Part shown: one piece after another, positions 1 to 13,666 of the stretch
Position numbering within the stretch: the first letter of the stretch is position 1
Layout of the letters: each line of letters begins with the position of its first letter
NCBI RefSeq assembly: GCF_009914755.1
Contig: NC_060946.1
Origin: the human T2T-CHM13v2.0 reference genome, Homo sapiens
Length of the DNA stretch: 64,000 nt
Reading direction: 5' to 3' (one strand)
Notes under the pieces: generated by a model
What the model saw: only the letters and a program-made list of their open reading frames with translations
Databases searched by the model: none
What the model was told of the DNA's origin: nothing
Translations under genes and position numbers: made by a program

Positions 1-82
1 TTCGACTGTTATCACAGCTATGCTTCCAGAGTGCTCTGTGCATTTTCACGATCAGCAAACAATGAATAAATCTCTGGTGAGT
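1..82 (+). other. Possible 3' end of an exon (open frame ending at a consensus splice donor)
   Basis: Frame 2 is open from 2-76 (STVITAMLPECSVHFHDQQTMNKSL) and ends in CTG|GTGAGT, followed by AT-rich intron-like sequence. The peptide is not recognised and could be chance. Confidence 0.2.
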
Positions 83-847
83 CATTTGTTTATATATTCC
101 TCACTTTGTTTTACATTGTATTTTTTGCCTTTATGGAGTCCATGGATTAAAATGAAAAGATAGAAATAAGTAAAATTCAGGTTAAAGGAAATACACATTA
201 ATAAAATAATGCTGGCATGTAGACATATGCAGGTTATAAGCTATAGAACTTGAGTACAAATGTGTCTCTGGTCTTTCCGATGCTGCAACAAAGAGGCAGT
301 CACATTTGTTACATGATTGGAATGGAACCTGGAAAGAGTGTATGTTCCATTCTCATGGGACAGGAAGACTTGCTGTCACCAAAGTCTGGAACACTGACTG
401 CATTGGTCACAGAGATGATGTAGTGAAAAGGTTTTTTTACTGCCAACCTGGAAGTAAACACTTTTAGCATTTTGCAGTATAAATAGTCACTTAGTGCTAA
501 AGCATAACTCCTGTAATGAGGTTTTTCTGGTTGCTGAAACAGTGTGGTCCCAGACAGATTTTGGAAGGCCCTACTTGATTCATGGCTAAATCCTAGAACA
601 TCTGGAGGATTGAGTTGACCACAGGTCCTTAACTAACCCCCCATACATTTCTGTCAATTCATCTGTACATGGAGAATTTGTAGCAGATTGTTCACAATTG
701 TATTCTCTGACAAATATTTCCACTGCTCACTTGCACTTTCATTCAATGTAGTCTTAATTGGTTTATTCTAATGCTACCCATTAACCCAAATTATATGCAA
801 CTCCAATGGCTATACGCTAGTCTGCCTTACTTGAATCTTGTGCCGTA

Positions 848-1213
848 CAGTAATCCCCTTTATCCACAGTTTTGCTTTCTGTTGTTTCAGTTCCCTGTAG
901 TCAACTGCAGACAGAAAAGACAATAAGATATTTTGAATATCTTGAATATTTTGATATTTTGAATATGTTGAATACAGTAGAAGAAGATATTTTGAGACAC
1001 CACATTCCTATAACTTTTAGTATAGTATGTTGACCTAATTGTTCCATTTTATTGTCGGTAATATCATACTGTGCCTAATTTATAAATTAAACTGTCAAGG
1101 GTGTGTATATATAGGAAAAAACATAGTGTATATAGGGTTTGGTACTATACACAGTTTCAGGGACCCACTAGGGGACCTGGAATGTATCCCTCATGGATAA
1201 GGGGGGATTCCTG
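848..1213. mobile_element. MER44A-like Tigger-family non-autonomous DNA transposon
   Basis: Terminal inverted repeats CAGTAATCCCCTTTATCCAC ... ATGGATAAGGGGGGATTCCTG, with TA on the left flank. The internal sequence (tgtgcctaatttataaattaaac, gtttggtactatac) matches MER44 as recalled. Confidence 0.85.
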
Positions 1214-1224
1214 CATTTCAAATT

Positions 1225-1895
1225 ATTGTTCATGATCTTCTCCTGGAAATTCTTCTGTGTTAGTTTCTATCATGACCTCACTGACGCTGCTTGTCTTTTT
1301 TTCCTGAATTCTTCTACTTCTCCTTTACATAGCTTATCCAGTTGTTTCATCCAATTCCCCATCCATCCCAATGTGCAGTTCTTTTTTTGTTGTTGGTTGT
1401 TTGTTTATTACCAGTTCTGCTGTCTGTGTTGTAGCAGTTGTGTTTCTCTCCAGCTTGGACTTCTCCGGCCTTTAGACCAGGGATCCCAAACCCCCAGGCC
1501 ATGGACTGCTCCAATGTGTGTCCTGTGAGGAACTGCGCTGCACAGCAGGAGATGAGTAGCAGGCAAGCAAGAATTACTGCCTGCACTCTGCCTCCTGTCA
1601 GATGAATGACAGCATTAAATTCTCACAGGAGCATGAACCCTATTGTGAAATATGCATGTGAGGGATCTAGGTTACCTGCTCCTTATGAGAATCTAATGTC
1701 TGATGAACAATTTCATCCCAAAACCATCCCCCCTCACACCCTGGTATATGGAAAAATTGTCTTTCACAAAACCTGGTGCCAAAAAGTTTGGGGATCACTG
1801 CTCTAGACCACAGGTTCAGCTCTCCATTGAATGATTCTTTGTAGCTATCCGAAAGGCACCTCAAGCTTAAATCCAAAATAAAATTATATCCTTCT
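1225..1895 (+). mobile_element. Degenerate L2 LINE fragment, interrupted by MER1B
   Basis: L2-like motifs 'tctctccagcttggacttctc...agac' and 'aggcacctcaagcttaaatccaaaa' lie on both sides of the MER1B. Highly diverged; boundaries approximate. Confidence 0.45.
1478..1800. mobile_element. MER1B hAT-Charlie DNA transposon
   Basis: TIRs CAGGGATCCCAAAC ... GTTTGGGGATCACTG. 8-bp target-site duplication CTTTAGAC (1470-1477) / CTCTAGAC (1801-1808). Typical internal motif 'gagggatctaggtt..ctgctccttatgagaatctaatg'. Confidence 0.9.
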
Positions 1896-2180
1896 CTTTT
1901 CCTTTACATACAGTATTAGATTAGACAGTAATTAGCTTCTACATCTCAATAAGAGGAATAGTAAGAATCTTTATCAGTCTTTAATAAACCACAGTTTTCC
2001 CTCTGGCTACAAATTGTTTACATTCCTTCCACATGCGAAATATACTTACCTGTAGAGATAAGTATTCACCCATCGAACTGACACCACAAACAGTGTGATA
2101 AACAACCTTTGCCTCCACAAATTTCTTCCCCCCTCCCTGCCCCTTTTGGGATACAACCATCTGACTTAAGATATATTCTC

Positions 2181-2565
2181 TGTATAAGTCCATTCTCCCA
2201 TTGCTATAAAAAACTACCTCAGACTGGGTAATTTATAAAGAAAAGAGGTTTAATTTGCTCACAGTTCCACAGACTGTAGAGGAAGCATGGCTGGGGAGGC
2301 CTCATGAAACTTACAATTATGGTGTAAGATGAAGGGGAAGCAGGCACGTCCTATGTGTCTGGAGCAGGAGAAAGTGGGTGGTGAAGAGGGAGGTTCTATA
2401 CACTTTTAACAACCAGATCTCGTGAGAATTTACTAACAGGAGAACAGCAAGGGGCAAGTCTGCCCCCTGATCTAGTCACCTCCCACCAGGCCCCTCCTAC
2501 AGCCAGCCTTGAGGCTTACAATTTGACATGAGATTTGGGCAAGTAAACAAATCGAAACAATACCA
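2181..2565 (-). mobile_element. MSTA-like ERVL-MaLR solo LTR
   Basis: TG...CA ends, motifs 'agactgggtaatttataaagaaaagaggtttaatt' and 'acatgagatttggg'. Near-identical 5-bp TSD ttctc/tcctc. Confidence 0.85.
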
Positions 2566-2805
2566 TCCTCTTAACAAATTTTTAAGTATGCAATTCCGTA
2601 TTAACTACAGGCTTTGATCTGTAGATTCGATATTTAGAACTTACTCATTGCATAACTAAAACTTATACCCTGCGACCAATACCCCCCCAGTTACCCTTCC
2701 CCCTCAGCCCTTGGTAACCAAGATTCAGCTCTATGTTTGTGTAAGTTTAACTGTTTTACATTTTTATATACTTGGAGTTCCTCAGGCTGTACAGGAAGCA
2801 TGGCT

Positions 2806-3122
2806 TCATTTGAGCTGGAACAACAGCATCCTTCAGACTTGGTAATTAATAAAGGACAGAAATTTATTCTTAACAGTTCTGGAAGCTGGGAAGTCCAGGA
2901 TCAAGGCACTGTCATCTGGTACCTGATGAGAGACTTCTTCCTGCATCCTTACATGGTGGAAGACAAAAGAGTGGCAGAGAATGAATATACTCCCAGTCCA
3001 TTCGAGAGGGAAGAGCCCTCACCTCATCACTTCCCTGAGGCCTCACCTTCTAATACTATCACCTTGGTGATAAGATTTCAACATAGGAATTAGAGGGGAA
3101 TACATACATCCAGACTATTGCA
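2806..3122 (-). mobile_element. Older MaLR LTR (MSTB/MSTD/MLT1A-like)
   Basis: Motifs 'cagaaatttattcttaacagttctggaagctgggaagtccaggatcaagg' and 'tttcaacataggaatt...cagactattgca'. Confidence 0.7.
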
Positions 3123-3371
3123 GATGGGATTATGTAATACTTTGTTCCTGTTTGGCTTATTTCTTAGCACAATATCTTTCTGGTATGTGCATGTTTCTGC
3201 AAATGGCAAGATTTTCTTCCTTTTTAAGGCTGAGTAATAATTCATTGCATGTATAGACCACATTTTCTTTATGCATTCATTATTAGTGAGAGTTCTTATT
3301 ACAAATGGCGAAGTGGTTTTTAATATTGATTTAATTTTTGTTATTAAAAACATTTTTAGATGGTTAGATTC

Positions 3372-4360
3372 CTTTTTAGAATAAATATACTTCATTAGTT
3401 AAGGCAGTTTTAACTTCACAGCAGAATTAAGAAGTACATAGATTTCCTATATACCCTAATGCACATATATATGTATCCTTCGCCCTTTTCAACACCTCCC
3501 CCAACCATGGTAGTACCTTTGTTAAAATGAGGAACCTACATTGAGACATCATAGTTGTCCAAAGGCCATAGTTTACATTAGGGTTTACTCTTGTGGTTTT
3601 ACATGCTATGGGTTTGAGTAAATGTATAATGACATGTATCCAGCCTTATAGTACCTCACAGAACACTTTGTTCTAAAAGTCATCCCTGCTCTTCCTGTTT
3701 ATTACATATCATCCCCTTAACCCTGCAAACCATCTCCATCATTTCGCATGTTACATAGTTGCAGTTATATAGTAAGTAGCCTTTTCAGACTGCCTTCTTT
3801 TACTTAGTAATATGCTTTTAAGTTTCCTCATCTTTTGAGGACAAGATAGCCCATTTCTTTTTAGTGCTGAATTATGTTCTATTGTGTGTACCATAGTTTA
3901 TCCATTCACTTACTGAAGGGCATCTTGGTTGCTTCCAAATTTTAGTTATTTTGAATAAAGCTGCTATAAATCCCTGTTCACAGGTTTTTATGATAGCATT
4001 TATTTTCACTTACTTTGGGTAACTACCAAGGGATGCAGTTGCTGGATCATATGGTGAGAATATGTTTATTTTTCTAAGAACAAATTGTCCTCCAACTGAG
4101 TGACTGTACCGCTTTGCATTTCCACAGTCTGAATGAGAGTTCCTGTTGCTGCACATTCTCAATATCAGTTGTTGTCAGTGCTCCAGATTTTGGCCATTCT
4201 ACTAGGTATGTAGCGGTATCTCATTGTTTTAATATGTTACCCTAACGTTACACAATATAATGCATTCTTTTATGAGTTTATTTCCTATATGGTTCTCATA
4301 ATTGGTGAGGTATCTGTTAAGGTCTTTGGTCTATTTTATTAGGTGGTTTTCTTACTGTAC
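3372..4360 (-). mobile_element. L1MC1-like old LINE-1 3' fragment
   Basis: Motifs 'gaacctacattgagacatcat', 'catagtttacattaggg', 'tactgaagggcatcttggttgcttccaa' and 'tgaatgagagttcctgttgct' are typical of L1MC 3' ends. Confidence 0.75.
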
Positions 4361-4757
4361 AGTTTTAAGAGTTTTTGGAATGTTTTGCGTAACAGTCTCT
4401 TTATCAGATGTGAGTTTAGTTTTTGGAATGTTTTGTGAAACAGTCTCTTTATCAGATGTGAGTTTTAACAGTTTTTGGAGTGCTTTGTATAACAGCCACT
4501 TTATCAGATGCGAGTTTTAAGAGTATTCGGAATGTTTTGCCTAACAGTCTCTTTATCAGATGTGAGTTTTAAGAGTTTTTGGAATGTTTTGCAAAACAGT
4601 CTCTTTATCGGATGTCAGTTTTAAGGGTTATTGGAGTGTTTTGTGTAAAGTCTCTTTATCAGATGTGAGTTTTAAGAGTTATTGAAGTGTTTTGAGTAAC
4701 AGTCTCTTTATCAAATGTGAGTTTTAAGAGTTTCTGGAGTGTTGCATAACAGTCTTT
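4361..4757. repeat. 52-bp minisatellite, ~8 copies
   Basis: Unit AGTTTTAAGAGTTTTTGGAATGTTTTGCGTAACAGTCTCTTTATCAGATGTG starts at about 4361, 4413, 4461, 4513, 4565, 4617, 4668 and 4720. Confidence 0.95.
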
Positions 4758-4758
4758 C

Positions 4759-4890
4759 TTTTTTTTTTTAACACTGATATACATATTTTAATCTCCATCT
4801 TAGCCCAATATCAGTATGTGTCCAAATTGATCATGACTTTACTATATCATGCTTTTTACTGTCTCAGCTTGGCTATCAGTACACTCAGAG
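4759..4890 (-). other. Candidate L1 3'-transduced sequence with its own poly(A) tail
   Basis: T11 tract at 4759-4769, TTTAAT (ATTAAA on minus) at 4787-4792, ~120 bp of non-repeat sequence, then the degenerate T-rich tail of the L1PA at 4891-4933. Confidence 0.55.
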
Positions 4891-5140
4891 TTCTTTTTTT
4901 TAATTGAGGAATATATATTTATTAATTAATTTTTTATTATACTTTAAGTTATAGGGTACATGTGAACAATGTGCAGGTTAGTTACATATGTATACATGTG
5001 CCATGCTGGTGTGCTGCACACATTAACTCGTCATTTAGCATTAGGTATATCTCCTAATGCTATCTCTCCCCTCTCCCTGCACCCTATAACTGTCCCCAGA
5101 GTGTGATGTTCCTCTTCCTGTGTCCATGTGTAATCATTTT

Positions 5141-8970
<3,830 letters not shown>

Positions 8971-9033
8971 TATAATGTTAGCTTGATCTTTTGCCCATTT
9001 TTTGATGCAGCTTCTTCATAGTATCAATGTTCT

Positions 9034-10053
9034 TTACAATTTGACATGTTTTTTGCAGGGGCTTGTACTGGTAGTTCCTTTCCATTCTTAGTGCTTCCTT
9101 CAGGAGCTCTTGTAAGGCAGGCCAGGTGGTGACAAAATCTCTCTGCATTTGCTTGTCTGTAAAGGATTTTATTTCTCCTTCACTTATGAAGCTTAGTTTA
9201 GCTGGATATGAAATTTTGGGCTGAAAATTCTTTTCTTTAAGAATGTTGAATATTGGTCCCCACTTTCTTCTGGCTTGCAGGGTTTCTGCTGACAGATCTG
9301 CTGTTAGTCTGATGGGCTTCCCTTTGTGGATAACCCAACCTTTCTCTCTGGCTGCCCTTAACATTTTTTCCTTCATTTCAACCCTGGTGAATCTGACAAT
9401 TAGTGTCTTGGGGTTGCTTTTATCTAGAAGTATCTTTGTGGTATTCTCTGTATTTCCTGAATTTGAATGTTGGCCTGCCTTGCTATGTTGGAAAAGTTCT
9501 TCTGAATAATAACCTAAGGAGTGTTTTCCAACTTGGTTCCAATCTCTCCATCACATTTAGGTACACCAAGCAAATGTAGATTTGGTCTTTTCACATTGTT
9601 CCATTTTTCATGGAGGCTTTGTTTGTTTCTTTCCAATCTTTTTACTCTAAACTTACCTTCTCACTGTATTTTATTAATTTGATCTTCAATCACTGATATG
9701 CTTTCTTCCACTGGATTGAATCAGCTTTTGAAGGTTGTGCATGTGCCACAAAGTTCTTGTGCCATATCAGCTCCATAATGTCATTAATGTATTCTCTACA
9801 CTGTTTATACTAGTTAGCCATTGTCTGACCATTTTTCATGGTTTTTAGCTTCCTTGCAGTGTGTTCAAACACGCTCTTTTAGCTCAGAGAAGTTTCTTAT
9901 TAGCAACCTTCTGAAGCCTCCTTCTGTCAACAGGTCAAAGTCATTCTCCCTTCAGCTTTGTTCTGTTGCTGGTGAGGAGCTGCAATCCTTTGAAGGAAAA
10001 GAAGTGTTCTGGGTTTTAGGATTTTCATCTTTTCTGCTCTGGATTCTTCCCAT
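9034..10053 (-). pseudogene. Disrupted L1 ORF1
   Basis: Start codon position at 10053. C-terminal fragment KEKMLRAAREKG..KGKPIRLTADLSAETLQARR..FQPKISYPAKLSF in ORF 8978-9376. The N-terminal half is broken. Confidence 0.9.
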
Positions 10054-11027
10054 CTTTGTGGTTTTCTCTACCTTTGGTCTTTGATGTTGTTAACCTAGAG
10101 ATGGGGTTTTGGTGTGGATGTCCTTTTTTTTTATGTTGATGCTATTCCTTTCTGTTTGTTAGTTTTCCTACTAACAGTCAGATCCCTCAGCTGCAGGTCT
10201 GTTGGATTTTGCTGGAGGTCCACTCCAGGCCTTGTTTGCCTGGGTATCACCAGAAGAGGCTGAAGAACAGCAAATATTGCTTCCTGATCCTTCCCTGGAA
10301 GCTTCATTGAAGAGGGGCTCCCACCTGTATGAGGTGTCTGTTGGCCCTTACTAGGAGTTGTCTCCCAGTTAGGCTACATGGGGTTCAGGGACCCACTTGA
10401 GGAGGCAGTATGTCCATTCTCAGAGCTCAAACACCATGCCGGGAGTACCACGGCTCTCTTCAGAGCTGTCAGATGGGATGTTTAAGTCCGCAGAAGTTTC
10501 TGCTACCTTTTACTCAGCTATGCCCTGCCCACAGAGTTTGAGTTTATTAAGGCAGTAGGCCTTGCTGAGCTGTGAGTGGCTCTACCCAGTTCAAGCTTCC
10601 TGACCACTTTATTTACCTACTCAAACCTCAAAAATTGCAGATTCACCTCCCCCTGCCCAGCTGCTGCCTTGAAGGTTAATCTCAGACTGCTTCCCTAGCA
10701 GTGAACAAGGCTCTCTGGGTGTGGGACTCAATGAACCCAGCACAGGAGAGAATCTCCTGGTCTGCCAGGTGCTAAGACTGTGGGAAAAGTGCAGCATTTG
10801 GGTGAGAGTGTCCTGTTTTTCCAGGTACAGTCTGTCATGCCTTCCCTCAGCTAGGAAAGGAAAATCCCTCAAACCCTTGCACTTCCTTGATGAGTTGATG
10901 CCCTGTCCTGCTTCGGCTAACCCTCCATGTGATGAACCCACTGTCCAACCAATCCCGATGAGATGAATCAGGTACCTCAGTTGGAAATGCAGAAATCAAC
11001 CATTTTCTGCTTGATTACACTGGGAGC
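10054..11027 (-). promoter_or_regulatory. L1 5' UTR remnant (sense promoter region, antisense promoter and ORF0 relic on +)
   Basis: The recognisable 5' UTR is CpG-decayed and lacks its first ~40-50 nt. The + strand ORF 10721-10966 resembles the C-terminal part of L1 ORF0; the ORF0 ATG position reads ATT near 10634. Confidence 0.7.
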
Positions 11028-11340
11028 AAAATCGAATGCCATTAGGTATGCTTGCAGCAGCCAAAGGAGGGGTTTGAACCTTGCTGCATACTGAATGTTG
11101 TGTGTGTATCCCTGACAGTTCTCACAATATTACTTTCCTTGCCCAAGACATGCAAGGACAACTAAAACAGTTAGAATCTGTCAGGACCCCATCATGAATT
11201 GGCTGTCCAACTGACATTGGCGTTGGCCTTGGTGGGTGTGATTTTATTTAATTGTGCTTTAATTCTCCTCTGCTTACCCTGCTTCTTTAACCTCTACCAA
11301 TGATGTATTCCCCGTATATCTGCAAGGGTGTTTTCCTACA
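11027..11340 (+). pseudogene. Endogenous retrovirus env transmembrane-subunit remnant
   Basis: Hand translation from 11027 gives QNRMPLGMLAAAKGGV*TLLHTECCVCIPDSSHNIT. This is the immunosuppressive domain (QNRxxLDxLxAxxGG) plus the CX6CC motif with the first Cys mutated to a stop, followed by Trp-rich and hydrophobic TM-like sequence. Confidence 0.9.
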
Positions 11341-11363
11341 ATTGAGTATCAAGTGGGACCGAA

Positions 11364-11854
11364 TACAGAGAAAAAGTTAAATAATATATTTCAACTCAAT
11401 TGAACATGGACACAATGGTCACCAAGTCCCAGAATAGGTTTTGTGAGCCCCTTGAGGCATTCATCCAGCACTGTTTCAGAGAAATCTCTATTTCAATCTA
11501 TTCCTATACGTTAGTTATTGAAAAACAACAGACAATGGCAAAAACAAATTGACCTTTTTGTGTTCCTTTGTGCATGGACGAATGGCTGACTCTGGAGCCC
11601 AGGCTGTTGCTTCTCGGTCTGGTGATCAATCTTCCATAGTCTATCTATATATATATATATATATACATATGTATACACATTTTTTTCCTTCTCCCCTTTC
11701 CCATTGTAATTTGCTTGTTGTATCAATTTGCTTATTTTATCATCATTTGCTTATTATATCTGCATTGCCATTTATGTGGGATAGAGTTTGTTGACCTTTA
11801 AAGTTTTGTGTGTGTGTGTTTTCTCCTCCCCTGGAGCATCTCCTGCACATAACA
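11364..11854 (+). mobile_element. ERV 3' LTR, tentatively LTR18/HERV-S(HERVL18)-like, with internal (TA)n
   Basis: Directly follows env and ends in ...ACATAACA. Contains (TA)n at ~11646-11665 and 'tttgcttatt' repeats. Family assignment is from memory only. Confidence 0.7.
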
Positions 11855-11974
11855 CCTCTCTTCCTGTCATAGCCAGAAATTCAGTTTTTAAGTTTTTTTC
11901 TGGGGTCTTCTTGCTCAAGAGGAAGTATGTTCAGTGATACGTGGCTTAGAATTTTATTTTTAGCTTTTATTACA
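11855..11974 (-). mobile_element. MER34/MER39-like ERV1 LTR terminal fragment (host of the ERV insertion)
   Basis: 'cttgctcaagaggaag...gcttagaattttattttt...taca' is the reverse complement of a TGTAA..AAAAATAAAATTCTAAGC LTR start. Confidence 0.6.
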
Positions 11975-12204
11975 TTCTAAACCCCCAGCAGAAAGAAGTC
12001 TTAACAAACACAGATTTTAATTTATGAACATTCTTCTAATAAGTTTTGTATGGTAGCGGAACAACTAAAAAAACTGTTTTTTGCATTGATGACCTACCTC
12101 ATTACAATTTAACCTCTAAAGGTTGTTTTAGCCAGCTCTACAGGCTGCTATGGTTAAGGTGAATTTACTGCTTCTTCCCACAATAGAGAATGGTATTTTA
12201 AAAT

Positions 12205-13272
12205 AGCATAACTTCTATGGAATATATTTTTAAAGCATGACCACAATTTGAATAATTAGAATATTTAAAAATTCCGAAGATTGTTATACCAACACTGCAC
12301 TAAAATTTATCCTTCCATTGATGACAGGGAATTTTTAATAGTTATTTTTATAATAAATTAAATTTTAATAAAATAACTGACTTTCAAACTTTAGCAAGAG
12401 GACACATATTCAGACAGAGATATCAGTTCCCCCTTAGAAAAAAATATTCACTTCTCATTAAAATCTCTCTGTATCTTACTGATTTCAGATAGAAGTTAAA
12501 TTTCACCTTAATAACAGAAACAAAAGAACTAGTTAAACTGACAAAAACTAATAAACGTATGCCCAAATTTACTGGCAGAATCATGAGTACACCATATAAT
12601 AGTAACATTCTACCAGTTTTAAGTAAAATAAATGAGGAAATAATCTTGACTGTACAACCTACCAGGAGGGGCGTGTCCCTGCTCCCAGATGAGTGGGAAC
12701 GCTGCACTCTGGGGTGGTTGCGCCTCAGCTTCTGGCAACTCTTGTTGGCAGCATTGCCATTGCAGGGACAAGGCAGGCGTTGGGGGGGCGGGCAGTGGGC
12801 CAGGCCCAGGCACGTCCTTTGCCAGAGACTGGGCAGGTGCGGAGAGGGGCGAAGCAGTGCTGCCCTGGTCGAGGGAGCCTCCCGCTCTGGACGGTTCGCC
12901 AAACCTGCCCCAGGAGGTTGCTGCAGGAGCTGGGTGGGGAAGGGGAGGGATGAGGGGATGCAGGCCAGATCAGGTGGCCCCTTAGCCCTGGGTGATGCAA
13001 GAGGGGCTGTGGGAGACCAGAGAAGACCCGGAGCAGAAACTGGGAACTGATATCTCTGGCTGAATATTTGTCCTCTTGCTGAAGTTTGAAAGTCAGTTAT
13101 TTCATTACAGTTCAATTTTATTACAAAAATAACAACTATTAAAAATTCCCTGTAGTCACTGGAATGATAAATTTTGGTGCAGTTTTAGCATAACAATCTT
13201 TGGAGTTTTTAGATATTCTAATTATTGAAATTGCAGCCATGTTTCAAAATACATGCCATATATTTTTATGGC
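12205..13272. repeat. Imperfect inverted repeat, arms ~12205-12431 and ~13042-13272, spacer ~610 bp
   Basis: The left arm ...AAATAACTGACTTTCAAACTTTAGCAAGAGGACACATATTCAGACAGAGATATCAGTTCCC is the reverse complement of the right arm GGGAACTGATATCTCTGGCTGAATATTTGTCCTCTTGCTGAAGTTTGAAAGTCAGTTATTT... The match continues over ~225 bp with scattered mismatches. Confidence 0.95.
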
Positions 13273-13575
13273 ATCCACCCCTGGGTCCCTGTGTCCCGCA
13301 TCCGCCTCTGTGTACCTGCTGGCTCAGGAAACGAGCTTCTTCCTACTTCCACAGACTCCAATCAGGCTGCCCTTCCTCCTGGTACTTGAGGCACACGTGG
13401 GGATAGCCTGCCAGTGAATAGCCCGAGAATGCCCGGCCTGTGCCGTGTGCTCAGAGTGGGGTCCTGGCTGGTGCCCCTCAGAGCCCCTCACAAAGCAGGG
13501 CTAGGTGTGGAGGGACCTAGCACCAGGCAGCGGTGAGCGGATGGATGCTCCAGGGATGTGGGGCTGCTGACAGTC
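12660..13575. other. GC-rich non-repeat block with G-quadruplex motifs, interrupted by the AT-rich right arm of the inverted repeat
   Basis: Abrupt AT-to-GC switch at ~12660, with retained CpGs. GGGTGGGGAAGGGGAGGGATGAGGGG at 12932-12957 and GGGGGGGCGGGCAGTGGG at 12782-12799. Confidence 0.7.
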
Positions 13576-13666
13576 AAGAACCCTTTGCCAAATTCAATGG
13601 CATAATGTAGGATATTTTTTCCCTTATATTTTTGTGTAGGAGTTTTACAACTTTCAGCCTTACATT
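13576..13666 (-). mobile_element. Short old L1M fragment abutting the satellite
   Basis: 'aagaaccctttgcc...tttttgtgtaggagttttacaactttcagccttacattt' resembles the L1 ORF2 segment seen at ~5980-6062 in this window. Confidence 0.55.

Larger units (their letters stand above)
2165..3290 (-). mobile_element. Old L1MA-type 3' end fragment, split by two MaLR LTRs
   Basis: L1MA 3' UTR motifs (gcataactaaaactt, cccttggtaacca, aaatggcaagattttcttcctttttaaggctgagtaata) occur in segments ~2165-2180, 2566-2772 and 3123-3290. Confidence 0.7.

Noticed and set aside
4413-4445. Resemblance of the 52-bp L1-derived unit (agtttttggaatgttttgtga) and of the inverted-repeat arm (ctgaatatttgtcctc) to the CER monomer, hinting at the satellite's origin
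   Set aside because: The matches are only ~16-22 bp with mismatches in low-complexity sequence and do not extend over a monomer. Chance cannot be excluded without a profile alignment.
1193-4520. Short ORFs in the first 4.5 kb
   Set aside because: They all lie within or across decayed transposon fragments and have no independent coding evidence.
12423-13115. Overlapping ORFs of 64-230 aa on both strands
   Set aside because: They are expected in GC-rich, stop-poor DNA. They cross the AT/GC junction and inverted-repeat arms, and show no recognisable domain.
12205-13272. Intact DNA transposon or MITE bounded by long TIRs
   Set aside because: There is no TSD or transposase. The spacer is a composite of two unrelated sequence types, each continuing outside the arms.
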